Positions 26,899-36,895 of a stretch of DNA of 64,000 bases are shown here, in pieces. Position numbers and translations under genes: made by a program. Each line of letters opens with the position of its first letter. The first letter of the stretch is position 1. The stretch is from positions 384,001 to 448,000 of the forward strand of contig CAXXTH010000017.1 of assembly GCA_963668025.2 (NCBI GenBank). The letters run 5' to 3'. The DNA comes from Candidatus Hydrogenedentota bacterium. GTDB taxonomy: Bacteria; Hydrogenedentota; Hydrogenedentia; Hydrogenedentales; SLHB01. The notes under the pieces were generated by a model. It made no database searches and was not told the DNA's origin. It worked only from the letters and a program-made list of their open reading frames with translations.

Positions 26899-29382
26899 CT
26901 AAAACACGCCATAGGGATCGAGGTCCACTTTAAGCTGCACGTTCGAGGTCGCAGGGCTTGCATTGAACACTTCGCGTACGGCGCGCACTAACGCATTGAG
27001 CCTTGTGGCGCGGTGTGAGAGCAAGCCGATATTCCAGCGGTACTTTTTTTTCACCTTGCGCACCGTGGCGGGCGCGGGGCCGATGATCTCGATTCCCTGG
27101 TATCCCAAGGCTTCGCGTTGTTCCCGCACGAGACGGTGCAATAGCGCCGTGGCGCGTTCCGCATCAAGGGGATCCTCGCATTCGATGGCGAGATTGGCCA
27201 TGCGGCGGAACGGCGGATAACCCGCCTTTTCACGGTGCGGTATCTCGGCGGCAAAAAAACCTGCGTAATCCTGGGCGGCGGCAAACTGGATGGCGTAATG
27301 CTTGGGGCGGTAGGTCTGGATGATAACCAAGCCGGGCCTGTCGCCCCGGCCCGCGCGCCCGGCCACCTGCGTCAGCAGTTGGAACGCCCCCTCGGCTGCC
27401 CGGAAATCGGGCAGCGCCAGGCCCGCATCGGCGTTGATGATCCCCACCAGTGTGACACCCGGATAATCATGTCCCTTGGCGATCATCTGGGTGCCCACGA
27501 GGATGTCGATCTCCCGCGCCGCGAGCCGGCCCAGGATCTTCGCGTGGCCGCCTTTGCCCGAGGTCGTGTCGGCGTCCATGCGCTCGACGCGCGCATCAGG
27601 AAACGAACGCACGAGCAAATCCTCGACTTTTTGCGTGCCCACGCCAAGAAAGAGAAGGGGATTGAAATAGCACTCGTCGCACACCTGGGGCACTTCGCGC
27701 TGGGCGTTGCAATAGTGGCATTGCAGGTAGCCGCCTTTGGCGTGGTAGGTCATCGTGACTTGGCAGTCATTGCAATAGGCCACCCAGCCGCACGATGGGC
27801 ACATCACGAAGGGCGCGAAGCCCCGGCGGTTGAGCAGGAGTAGCACCTGCCCGCCCGCCTCGACGCGCACCTTCACTTCCGCCTCAAGCCGGCGCGATAA
27901 AAAAGTGGCGTTGCCGGTCTCGCGCACCTCCTGGCGCATGTCGAGCAGCTCGACTTCGGGCAGCGAGGCGTTCGTGGCCCGCCGTGGGAGCAAGATGCGT
28001 TTGGATTTGCCCGCCACGCTGTTGTGATAGGATTCGATGGACGGCGTCGCTGAACCGAGCACGCACACGGCTCCGTTCATCTTGGCGCGCATGATGGCCA
28101 CGTCGCGTGCGTGGTAGCGCGGCGTCTCGCTCTGTTTATACGAGCCATCGTGCTCCTCGTCCACGATCAGCACGCCCAGATTCGGCAACGGCGCGAACAC
28201 CGCCGAACGCGCCCCTACCACGATACGCACTTCCCCGCGCTTCGCCCGCCGCCATTCATCGTAACGTTCGCCCGCGCCAAGCCCGCTGTGCAGCACGGCG
28301 ATGTCCGTGTCGAACCGCGCCTTGAACCGCCCCACGGTTTGCGGGGTAAGGGAGATTTCCGGCACCAAGATGATCGCGCTGCGCCCGAGCGCCAGCGCGC
28401 GCTCGATCACTTGGAGATACACTTCCGTCTTGCCGGAGCCCGTGATGCCTTGCAGCAGAAAAGTCTGGAACGCGCCCAGTTCCATGGCCTCGACGATCGT
28501 GTTATAGGCCGCCTGCTGATCGTCGTTAAGTTCGAGCTTGCACCCCGCGTGGCTGGAGGTTTGGAATTCTGGTATGCGGTAGTGCTCACGCTCTTCGATG
28601 CGGATGTACTCCCTGCTTTCGAGGGCGCGCAGGATGCCCATGTTGGCCTGGTGCTTCTCATACAACAACGGGGCGGGGCGTTCCGGCTCGCCATGCAGCA
28701 AATCGAGATACACCGCCGCCTGCTTCGGCGCGCGGCGTTGAAGCTGTTCGAGTGTTTCCGCGTCCGGGATGTTTTCCTCGATAAGGCGCGCGAACGTCTC
28801 CGTACGCATCCGCACCGATGCCGCTTCCGTTACCGGTTCCGCCAGCAGAATGCCTCGTTTCACGAGCGTTTGGAGCGTATTGCTCAGGGCGGCAGCCCCT
28901 ACGGCTTTCGCAAGCTGGGCCTCCGTCAACGGGCCGCTGCGGTTCAGTTCGCCCACCACGGCGCGCTGGCGGTCGGTATACCGCCCGGCGCTGAGCTGTT
29001 CGAGCACGAGGGTGTAGCGCATTTTGCTCCGCACCCGGATGCCCGCCGGTACGGCGCTTTGCAGCGCCTCACCCCAAGAACAGCAGTAATAATCTGAAAG
29101 CCACCGGCACAGATCGAGAATCTCGCGCGAAAACACGGGCTCTTCATCAGGCAGATCGATAAGTGCGCGCGTTTTCTCGACGGGGCTTTCTTGTTCGAAG
29201 CCCACGATATAGCCCGTCTCGATGCGTTTCTGCACCGGCACGAGGGCGCGCATGCCCGGAGCGGCCCGTCCCCGAAGACTCTCCGGCACCCGGTACGTCA
29301 GTGGCCGCTCCAATGGCATCGGCAATGCGACCTGTGCAAACGGCAGGCAAATTTCTGGTCGTTCCAATGGCAAACGTTTCAC
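26899..29382 (-). CDS. priA: Primosomal protein N' (replication restart helicase)
   Basis: GITGSGKTEVY, VPEISLTPQ, DEEHD, GSATPS, NRRG, four CxxC Zn motifs, GTQMIAKGHD, QVAGRAGR. Confidence 0.96.
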   Translation of the reverse strand: MKRLPLERPEICLPFAQVALPMPLERPLTYRVPESLRGRAAPGMRALVPVQKRIETGYIVGFEQESPVEKTRALIDLPDEEPVFSREILDLCRWLSDYYCCSWGEALQSAVPAGIRVRSKMRYTLVLEQLSAGRYTDRQRAVVGELNRSGPLTEAQLAKAVGAAALSNTLQTLVKRGILLAEPVTEAASVRMRTETFARLIEENIPDAETLEQLQRRAPKQAAVYLDLLHGEPERPAPLLYEKHQANMGILRALESREYIRIEEREHYRIPEFQTSSHAGCKLELNDDQQAAYNTIVEAMELGAFQTFLLQGITGSGKTEVYLQVIERALALGRSAIILVPEISLTPQTVGRFKARFDTDIAVLHSGLGAGERYDEWRRAKRGEVRIVVGARSAVFAPLPNLGVLIVDEEHDGSYKQSETPRYHARDVAIMRAKMNGAVCVLGSATPSIESYHNSVAGKSKRILLPRRATNASLPEVELLDMRQEVRETGNATFLSRRLEAEVKVRVEAGGQVLLLLNRRGFAPFVMCPSCGWVAYCNDCQVTMTYHAKGGYLQCHYCNAQREVPQVCDECYFNPLLFLGVGTQKVEDLLVRSFPDARVERMDADTTSGKGGHAKILGRLAAREIDILVGTQMIAKGHDYPGVTLVGIINADAGLALPDFRAAEGAFQLLTQVAGRAGRGDRPGLVIIQTYRPKHYAIQFAAAQDYAGFFAAEIPHREKAGYPPFRRMANLAIECEDPLDAERATALLHRLVREQREALGYQGIEIIGPAPATVRKVKKKYRWNIGLLSHRATRLNALVRAVREVFNASPATSNVQLKVDLDPYGVF

Positions 29383-29556
29383 ATCCTATTTCAATCCGCT
29401 TGCGGCGGCGCTTCTGATTCGTGGCTCAACCTATTATAGACAAATACGCCTACTCCATGCCCTGGTGCTGATTCTTCATTTCGCTTCACCAACAAATGAA
29501 GGACAAGAAGATGCATGCGCATACATCGCGTATACTGTGGAAAGGAGGCATGCCGC

Positions 29557-30996
29557 ATGAACCTGAAGCGCATCAACGAGACGACGTGGGAAATCCCAAA
29601 AACGGGCGCCATGCTCGTGCCGGGGCGCATCATCGCCAGCGAACGGCTGTTGCCGAAAATCCAGGAGGATAAGGCCGCAGAACAGGTGGCCAACGTCGCC
29701 TGCTTGCCCGGCATCGTGGGCTATGCACTGGCTATGCCCGACGCCCATTGGGGCTACGGTTTCCCCATCGGCGGCGTGGCCGCCACGGATCCCGAACAGG
29801 ATGGAGTCATCTCGCCGGGCGGCGTGGGCTACGACATCAATTGTGGCATCCGGCTCATGACGACGCACTTGGATATCGGCGATATCCGCCCGCGCCTGCG
29901 CGAGGCCGTGGCGGCGCTCTACAATGATATTCCCTCGGGTGTGGGCTCGAGCGGCGCTATACACACCTTGCGCGGTGGCGATTTGGATGCGGTGCTCAAG
30001 AAAGGCGCTCGCTGGGCCATCGAGCAAGGCTATGGCGCGGAAAGCGACCTCGACGCCACCGAGGAGCAGGGATGCCTAGCAAGCGCGGAAGCGGGAGCCG
30101 TCTCCGAGCGGGCGAAGAGCCGGGGCGCGGACCAACTCGGCACGCTAGGCTCAGGCAACCATTTCCTCGAATTGGGCGTGGTCGAGCAGGTGTTCGATGC
30201 CCGCGCGGCGGACGCCTACGGCCTGCGGCCCGGCCAGGTGACGCTGCTCATCCATAGCGGGAGCCGGGGCCTGGGCTACCAGGTGTGCGACGATTCGCTG
30301 GCAGTGATGCTCCGCGCCCAGGCGCGCTACGGCATCCAATTGCCAGACCGCCAGCTCTGCTGCGCACCGGTGAAGAGTCCCGAAGGGCGGGCCTATCTGG
30401 CCGCCATGGCAGCGGCGGCGAACTATGCCTGGGCCAACCGGCAGATTATGATGGAGCTGGCGCGGCGGGCGTTGCAGAAGAGCCTCGGCGTGACACCGCG
30501 CGAACTGGGCGGGCGGCTGCTCTACGACGTATGCCACAACATCGCCAAATTCGAGGAACACGAGGTGGATGGAGCGCGGAGGCGGCTCTGCGTCCACCGT
30601 AAAGGCGCGACGCGCTCGTTTCCGGGCAGCCGGAGAGAAGTGCCGATTGCATACCGCGAAGCTGGCCAGCCCGTGCTCGTGCCCGGCGATATGGGCACGG
30701 CATCCTACGTCTTCGCGGGCGCGGAGGGCGCGCTCGTGCAAACGTTCGGCAGTTCATGCCATGGCGCGGGCCGGGTCATGAGCCGCACGGCGGCGCGCAA
30801 GGCCGAAAGCCCTGAACATCTGCTCGAAGAAATGGCGCGCAACGAAATCATCGTCATGGCGCGCAGCATCAAGACGCTCACCGAAGAAGGCCCAAGGGCC
30901 TATAAAGACATCGACGCCGTGGCGGAAGTGGTGCAACAAGCGGGCCTAGCCCGCCGCGTCGCCCGAATCCGCCCCATCGGCGTCGTGAAAGGGTGA
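29557..30996 (+). CDS. rtcB: RNA-splicing/repair ligase RtcB (archaeal-like long form)
   Basis: MPDAHWGYGFPIG, GYDINCG, GSGNHF, HSGSRG, HN, HRKGAT, PGDMG, HGAGR, AYKD. AAGGAGG RBS. Confidence 0.95.
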   Translation: MNLKRINETTWEIPKTGAMLVPGRIIASERLLPKIQEDKAAEQVANVACLPGIVGYALAMPDAHWGYGFPIGGVAATDPEQDGVISPGGVGYDINCGIRLMTTHLDIGDIRPRLREAVAALYNDIPSGVGSSGAIHTLRGGDLDAVLKKGARWAIEQGYGAESDLDATEEQGCLASAEAGAVSERAKSRGADQLGTLGSGNHFLELGVVEQVFDARAADAYGLRPGQVTLLIHSGSRGLGYQVCDDSLAVMLRAQARYGIQLPDRQLCCAPVKSPEGRAYLAAMAAAANYAWANRQIMMELARRALQKSLGVTPRELGGRLLYDVCHNIAKFEEHEVDGARRRLCVHRKGATRSFPGSRREVPIAYREAGQPVLVPGDMGTASYVFAGAEGALVQTFGSSCHGAGRVMSRTAARKAESPEHLLEEMARNEIIVMARSIKTLTEEGPRAYKDIDAVAEVVQQAGLARRVARIRPIGVVKG

Positions 30997-31128
30997 GGCG
31001 TTTCTTAATCGATAGAAGTAGGAAAATCTGGTTAAACCGGCCTCTTTTACCTCCAAACCGTACCTGCGGTTTTCGCGCATATGGATCTCGCGGCTCTCAC
31101 TGATTCATATATGCCGCCTTCATGGATC

Positions 31129-31240
31129 AAAAAAAGAGGCGCGGGCGAATTGCCCGCGAATGGAGGGAGGTGCGGGCCCCGCTTAGGGGAGAACCACCGA
31201 GGGGGGCGGTGGTGGAGGTCGCGGGGCCCGCCGTCAGGCT
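31129..31240 (-). ncRNA. Candidate small RNA with C-rich (anti-SD-like) loops and an intrinsic terminator
   Basis: Perfect 11-bp stem (31172-31182/31221-31231), 7-bp inner stem (31193-31199/31207-31213), terminator stem (31140-31146/31152-31158) plus a minus-strand U7 run. AT-rich upstream region with TG-g-TTTAAT. Confidence 0.5.
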
Positions 31241-31321
31241 GTATTGATTAAACCATGTTTTTTATGACGAATGTGTGACAGTTTTTAGACATATTTTTAA
31301 AGTTTTGGCGGTGTATACGGA

Positions 31322-31828
31322 TTATTCGTCGGTGGAACCATCCGCGTCTGGCTCGTTTCCATCTATCGAGGGAGCAAGATAGGCTTCGGCTTGCGTAGTG
31401 GCTTCCAATACGTCATCGGTCGCCACAATGCGCAGATTAGACCTATCGGGCTGTTCCGCCATTGCCGCGACGCGTTGCACCGCACCCAGGAGGGCGGCTA
31501 AAGGTTTTTCATTCGATTTACTGGCCAGCATGCGGCGTTCGAGCTCTTTGAGCGCGGGTTTAAAATCATTGGAAAGCCAGGACTGAAAAGACGCCTCTGT
31601 TTCGGGAGAGCGGGCGCGGATGCGGTCGAGATATTCCGACGTAAGCTGGGCGAGCTGTTTTGATAAGCCGCGGATTTCATCGCCTTCGGCTCGATGCGCT
31701 TGGGCGCGGGCCAGCAATTGCGCGGGATCTTCCGTGGCTGTGCGCACGACGGCATAACCGATGGCCATGCTTAACGCGCACGCCACCACAAGCGCGGCAG
31801 CGTACCAGCAGGTGCGGGATATAAACAT
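31322..31828 (-). CDS. Hypothetical membrane-anchored helical protein
   Basis: N-terminal TM segment, GGAG RBS, directly follows the SprT-like gene. Confidence 0.6.
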   Translation of the reverse strand: MFISRTCWYAAALVVACALSMAIGYAVVRTATEDPAQLLARAQAHRAEGDEIRGLSKQLAQLTSEYLDRIRARSPETEASFQSWLSNDFKPALKELERRMLASKSNEKPLAALLGAVQRVAAMAEQPDRSNLRIVATDDVLEATTQAEAYLAPSIDGNEPDADGSTDE

Positions 31829-31841
31829 GAACTCATTCTCC

Positions 31842-32576
31842 TTATCGTAGCAGGCGGCGCAAATGGGCGGGATCAGACTGCCAGGCCAGTGCGCGGGCGA
31901 AATCAGGATACGCCCTCTCCATACATTTGAATTCGGGCGGATGGATGCGCCGCCGTCCAGATGGGCTTTTTTTGACGCCTAAATAGGCGTGCAGCATCTC
32001 GTGGAAGACAATATAGCGTACAAAAAAAGCCGGTACGAATTCTTGATCGAGCGCCGGATGAATGCGGATGAGCCGGGCTTGCTCGAAATACGCCCCGAAG
32101 CGGATCGAACGGCGCTGGCCTGGGCCCGCATCGCGCCCCCATGTGATCGAGGCCTCGACCGCTCCGTTGAACGAAGCTTGGTTTACTTCCTGGTAAAAGG
32201 CCTGCAAATCATGGCGCCGGCCATGCGCACACAGCGCCGCACGGCGCGGGCTTTTCTTTTGAATGAGATGGCCATGGCCCCGGATAAACCGGTCGAGTAT
32301 CTCGCCTTGCCGCTGTCCCTTGGGATGCTTCACCCATTCGGCCACGGCGGCGATAACCGATGGATCGGCGGATAGAAACATATGGTGCAGGCGCAAGCAA
32401 AGCGGTGCGCCTTTTCCGCCGCGCCGGAGCGACAACATCGAGGAGCCATTATTCGTAATGGCAATATCGAGCGCCATGCCTGTCCGTGACTCCAGTTCCG
32501 AACGGAGCGCATCTTCATCACGCCAGGACAATTCAAGTTGCGGCTGGCTTTGCTTTGTGAAATCCGTCAAACGCAT
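31842..32576 (-). CDS. SprT/M48-like zinc metalloprotease domain protein
   Basis: ITWG, FGAY, IRIHPALD, YIVFHEMLH (HExxH), HPPEF. Start position uncertain. Confidence 0.7.
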   Translation of the reverse strand: MRLTDFTKQSQPQLELSWRDEDALRSELESRTGMALDIAITNNGSSMLSLRRGGKGAPLCLRLHHMFLSADPSVIAAVAEWVKHPKGQRQGEILDRFIRGHGHLIQKKSPRRAALCAHGRRHDLQAFYQEVNQASFNGAVEASITWGRDAGPGQRRSIRFGAYFEQARLIRIHPALDQEFVPAFFVRYIVFHEMLHAYLGVKKSPSGRRRIHPPEFKCMERAYPDFARALAWQSDPAHLRRLLR

Positions 32577-32721
32577 ATATAATCCGAAACCTAGCATGAA
32601 AGTTTCCGCCCTCGGGCGGGGGATTTTGCCATTAAGGTAGCGCAACAAGCAAAAGAATGCAAAACGCGGGAACGCAGCGCCTGGCGCATGCCCGCCCGCG
32701 ATTAACTGGAAAGGAAGGCTC

Positions 32722-34890
32722 ATGCGTGTTCTCGTTACCGGGGGAGCTGGTTATCTCGGGAGCCATTTAGTCCCGATGCTCCTCGAAGAGGGCCACACGG
32801 TGCGCGTGTTCGACCGGTTCTGCTTCGGCGAAACGGCCCTAGAGGCGGTATCGGGCAGGCCGGATTGTGAAATCATCCACGGCGACGTGCGACGCCTGCA
32901 AGAAAGCGCGGGGCTGCTACAGGGAATCGACGCCGTTATCCATCTCGCGGCGCTCTCGAATGACCCTTCGTGCGCCTTGGATGAAGATATGGCCGAGGAT
33001 GTGAACGTCGAGAGCACGCGCGAACTCGTGAACCTTTCGCTCCAAAGCAGCGTGAAACGGTTCATTTATGCGTCTACATGCAGCGTGTATGGGCAAGGCG
33101 CGTTTGAACAGTTGGACGAGTTGAGCCCGGCCAATCCCGTATCGCCCTATGGAGCCACTTGCCTGCGCGCGGAGCAAGCCCTTCTCGGCATGCGCAACGC
33201 ACGTTTCGAGCCGGTCGTGGCGCGGCTGGCCACTTTGTTTGGATGGTCAGGCCGCATGCGCTTCGATTTGGCCGTGAACCAGATGGCCGCAATGGCGCTG
33301 CGCACGGGAACTATTCAGGTGTTCGGCGGCGGCAGCCAATGGCGGCCTTTCCTCCATGTGCGCGACGCCGCCCGCGCGCTGCTGCTACTGCTTCATGCGC
33401 CAGAGGATGTGAGTGGCGAGATCTATAATGTCGGCAGCGATGGGCTCAATTTCCGAATCGCCAGCCTTGCGGAAAAGATAGCCGCGTTCTTTCCGAATGC
33501 GGCGCTCGATACGCGGCGCGATGATGATGATGTGCGCACGTTCCATGTCCGCTTCGAGAAGTTCGCCAAGGCGTTTCAGTTCGAGCCGGAGCATACCCTG
33601 GCCGATGGCGTGGCCGAATTGCGGGCGCGCCTCGATGCGGAGCCTATTGATCCGACGGCGGACGCCTATTTCAACGTACACACCATGAAGCGGCTTCTCG
33701 CCACGCCCGTGGGGGAAGGCGGCGAGCCCATGGCCCCGCGCCTGGTGCCGCTATACCGCCCCACGCTGGGGCCGGAGGAAGAGGAAACCGTCGTGCGTAC
33801 ATTGCGCGGCGGCTGGCTGACCTCGGGCGCGCGCGTACCGTCCTTCGAGAAACTGCTCGCGGAGACCGTGGGTGCATCGAGCGCCGTAGCGGTGAATTCC
33901 TGCACGGCGGCGCTCCATTTGTGCCTCATGCGCGCGGGCGTGGGGCGCGGCGACGAAGTCATTCTGCCGCCTATTACATGGGCGTCGACGGCGAACACGA
34001 TGTTCCACATGGGCGCGAAGCCGGTCTTCGTGGATGTCTTGCCGGATACGCTCAACATCGATCCAGCGGCGATTGAAGCCGCTATCACAGACCGCACCAA
34101 GGCCATCATGCCGGTCCATTTGGCAGGGCAGCCTTGCGACTTGGACCCGATATACGCCGTGGCGCGCAAGCATGGCATCGCGGTCGTCGAGGACGCCGCG
34201 CATGCCCTGGGCGCGGCATACAAGGGCAAGCGCATCGGCGAATATGGCGGGCATACCTGCTTTAGTTTTTACGCCATTAAAAACATTACGACCATCGAGG
34301 GCGGCGCGGTGGCGCTGAAAGACCCCGCAGAAACAGAATGGTTCCACCGCATGGCCATGAATGGACTCGGCCATTCCGCGTGGGACCGGTATGGCCGGAG
34401 TTCGAGTTCGCAGCCCGTCGAGGTGCTCGAGCCCGGCTTCAAATACCATCTGAATGATGTCAGCGCCGCCATCGGCATCGAACAATTGCGCAAGTTCCCG
34501 TCGTTCCGCGCCTCACGCACCCGGCTCGCCCGGTTGTACTACAGCGTGTTGGGCGAAATTGACGAGATCGCGCTCCCGCGCGTGCTGGCGGAAGTGGAGC
34601 ATGCGTGGCACCTTCTGATCATCCGGCTGCGGTTGGATAAGCTCAAACGGACCCGCGACGAGATCCGCGATGAGCTGCGGCGCGAGAACATCGGCACGGG
34701 GCTCCATTTCTACGGCCTGCACCTACACGAATTCTTCCAGCGGCAATTGGGTCTCAAGCCCGAAGATCTGCCGAACAGCACGGCGGCGTCCATGGATATG
34801 ATCTCGCTGCCGCTATACCCACTGATGGAAGACAAACATATCCAGCAAGTCGTGCAGGCCCTCAAAAAGGTGCTGGCGCACGCGAAGTAA
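32722..34890 (+). CDS. Fused NAD-dependent epimerase/dehydratase (SDR) and DegT/DnrJ/EryC1/StrS PLP aminotransferase
   Basis: N-half: TGGAGYLGS, HLAALSND, ASTCSVYG, RPFLHVRDAA. C-half: NSCTAALHL, PVHLAG, EDAAHA, FSFYAIKN. Confidence 0.88.
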   Translation: MRVLVTGGAGYLGSHLVPMLLEEGHTVRVFDRFCFGETALEAVSGRPDCEIIHGDVRRLQESAGLLQGIDAVIHLAALSNDPSCALDEDMAEDVNVESTRELVNLSLQSSVKRFIYASTCSVYGQGAFEQLDELSPANPVSPYGATCLRAEQALLGMRNARFEPVVARLATLFGWSGRMRFDLAVNQMAAMALRTGTIQVFGGGSQWRPFLHVRDAARALLLLLHAPEDVSGEIYNVGSDGLNFRIASLAEKIAAFFPNAALDTRRDDDDVRTFHVRFEKFAKAFQFEPEHTLADGVAELRARLDAEPIDPTADAYFNVHTMKRLLATPVGEGGEPMAPRLVPLYRPTLGPEEEETVVRTLRGGWLTSGARVPSFEKLLAETVGASSAVAVNSCTAALHLCLMRAGVGRGDEVILPPITWASTANTMFHMGAKPVFVDVLPDTLNIDPAAIEAAITDRTKAIMPVHLAGQPCDLDPIYAVARKHGIAVVEDAAHALGAAYKGKRIGEYGGHTCFSFYAIKNITTIEGGAVALKDPAETEWFHRMAMNGLGHSAWDRYGRSSSSQPVEVLEPGFKYHLNDVSAAIGIEQLRKFPSFRASRTRLARLYYSVLGEIDEIALPRVLAEVEHAWHLLIIRLRLDKLKRTRDEIRDELRRENIGTGLHFYGLHLHEFFQRQLGLKPEDLPNSTAASMDMISLPLYPLMEDKHIQQVVQALKKVLAHAK

Positions 34891-34979
34891 AGACTACCAT
34901 TGAAAATGTAACACTTTAGCCGATGAAAGTAGCATCTAGTATTTGGCAGCCCTATATATTTCCTTTCGCCGGTATTGAT

Positions 34980-36670
34980 CCTAAAAAAGGCAGTAGGAAC
35001 TTGCTTTGGGATTTTTCCAGCCCAATTTTGTAAAGAAATAACTGTCCTGTCCCGCTCTTTACGTTGGCGCCGGCAGCAGGTTGGGGGTGGCCAGCGGCCT
35101 TCCCTCGAGTATTTTGGCGAAGATCCGGCTGAGGATCGTCCGCCATCGTTCGTTCCAGTTCAACTGCCGCGCAGTTGCTTTCACCTCCAATAAAAAGGCG
35201 TTTACGGATTTCAGAACTTGTTCCATAGCATGTCCTTGCGCATGCACGGGGGTGATGGTGAGCGTGGTTTGGCCTCCGTGGCGGGTCTGCTGTCCCACAC
35301 CATACAGCAGCAGAGGGCGGCTTGTGATCGCTTCGGCGTGGCGCTCCGGAATCGCCAAGCGCACGTACAAAGACCACCAATTGTAAATCAGGGCTATGAT
35401 TCGCGCCATGATTTGGCAGCGCTTCATATCGTGGGTGGTATACCCGCCCCACCCCCACTGGTTTTTCTGTTCATCGTAGATGTTTTCCGCATCGCCCCGG
35501 TCGCGATAATGCTGGGCCAAGGCCGATAGGGGGTCTGTCAGCGAAGTGGCCAGCAGCGCGTATTCATACTGCTGCACGGCTCCCGCTTGGATCTCAATGA
35601 GCTGTAGTTGGGGGGAGGGGTCAGGCAATAGCGGCTCCGTTTCCAGAACGATACTCCCTTTGAGCTTGCGCCGCAGAACGATTACCCGGCGTTTGCTCGT
35701 CCATCCCATAAGCTCCAGACGGTCTTCCAAACCTTCCCAGCCTTGGCCTGCTGGCGTCCAGTCCTTAGAACAAAAGGCCTGCTGGATAAGCCGTTTCACG
35801 TTGCTGGTCTGCCGCAATTTGAACAGATAGGGCACTCCGCGCGCTTCGGCTTCGCTCATGTCGCGTTCGTTGCCGAAGGCGCAGTCGCCGCGAATCATGC
35901 CCGGCCAGGCCGCGCGCGGCAAGCCATCGAGAAAATGCCACAATCCAGGCATGGTGTATTTCGCCGCCGTCTCGTTGCCCGGCCGGACTTCCACGTCCAG
36001 CACCAAGCGCGTGTTCGCCATAAAATAGGTATGCAGCACATGAGAAGGACGGCCCTGTTTCGCCGGATTGTAGCCCAGCACGGCCCCTTCTTGATGGCCG
36101 AACAGGGGCTTCACGCTTGTATCCACGTCCAAAATCCAAGGCTCATAAAGCAACGGCTCATAACAGCGGCGCAGGTGCTTCTGTAGCCAGCCCGCGCAGG
36201 CTTCCCCGTCCGCCAGTATAAATGCCCGCCGCGCCGAGGAGGCGCTCATGATCTTGCTCATACCCAGCAAGCCCGGGTTCACCGCGTCGTAACGGACCGC
36301 GTCAATGTGCGCATAGCGGGTGTGGCCCGCCAGCACTGATAAAAATAGCGTGCCCAGCACATCCCTCTTGCGCGGCGCATTATTGCTGGCGTACGCCAGC
36401 GGACAGTCCTCCACCCACGCTTCAAAAAGCTCCGCCGTCTTGAGGAAATCGATAAAGAACGCCAACTGGCCAAACGGCGTCGTTGCCGCCTCCCGGTCCC
36501 ATTCCACATGCACCCGGCCCCCGTAGCTATCTACGAAAATCGGCGCCTCCAAAGACAACCATTCCTCCTCTCCCAATGGGGGAGCATCTTGCTGTTGCGA
36601 TTCTGTTTCCATGTTCTTTATCTTGAACTACTTCCTGCTCGACACTCAAGATTCAACTGGCGTTTTTAGG
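34980..36670 (-). mobile_element. IS1380-family insertion sequence
   Basis: Imperfect 24-bp IRs: CCTAAAAAAGGCAGTAGGAACTTG (34980-35003) versus the reverse complement of 36647-36670, CCTAAAAACGCCAGTTGAATCTTG. They enclose a single DDE transposase ORF. Confidence 0.8.
35059..36612 (-). CDS. IS1380-type DDE transposase
   Basis: ILDVDTS, GHQEGA..GYNP, RPGN, RGDCAF, YRDRGDAEN..DEQK, YNWW. Confidence 0.85.
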   Translation of the reverse strand: METESQQQDAPPLGEEEWLSLEAPIFVDSYGGRVHVEWDREAATTPFGQLAFFIDFLKTAELFEAWVEDCPLAYASNNAPRKRDVLGTLFLSVLAGHTRYAHIDAVRYDAVNPGLLGMSKIMSASSARRAFILADGEACAGWLQKHLRRCYEPLLYEPWILDVDTSVKPLFGHQEGAVLGYNPAKQGRPSHVLHTYFMANTRLVLDVEVRPGNETAAKYTMPGLWHFLDGLPRAAWPGMIRGDCAFGNERDMSEAEARGVPYLFKLRQTSNVKRLIQQAFCSKDWTPAGQGWEGLEDRLELMGWTSKRRVIVLRRKLKGSIVLETEPLLPDPSPQLQLIEIQAGAVQQYEYALLATSLTDPLSALAQHYRDRGDAENIYDEQKNQWGWGGYTTHDMKRCQIMARIIALIYNWWSLYVRLAIPERHAEAITSRPLLLYGVGQQTRHGGQTTLTITPVHAQGHAMEQVLKSVNAFLLEVKATARQLNWNERWRTILSRIFAKILEGRPLATPNLLPAPT

Positions 36671-36693
36671 TTAAAAGGTTATATACATATATA

Positions 36694-36860
36694 GTTATTC
36701 CCGTGAAATGGGCCTTCCAAAAATGGAGCAGGCAAGCCAAAACAAGGTAATACCCGTGAAATACACCAAAGAGAACAAGAAAGCGGTAGCAAGCTACCGC
36801 ACACATGTGCTCTAAGTCTTTTTTTGTGAAACTACTTGCGGCAGCTTGCTGCCGCTTTTT
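36694..36860. repeat. Dispersed ~107-bp repeat copy 1, followed by a REP doublet
   Basis: 36694-36800 aligns with 57213-57318. AAGCGGTAGCAAGCTACCGC and GCGGCAGCTTGCTGCCGCTT form an inverted REP pair. Confidence 0.7.
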
Positions 36861-36895
36861 GGGTGCGGATTTCATTTGTATGCCCGTTTTCCGGC

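Noticed and set aside
4860-30996. Inteins or introns in nrdJ, thyX or rtcB (common hosts)
   Set aside because: Protein lengths and motif order are normal, with no C/S...HN insertions seen.
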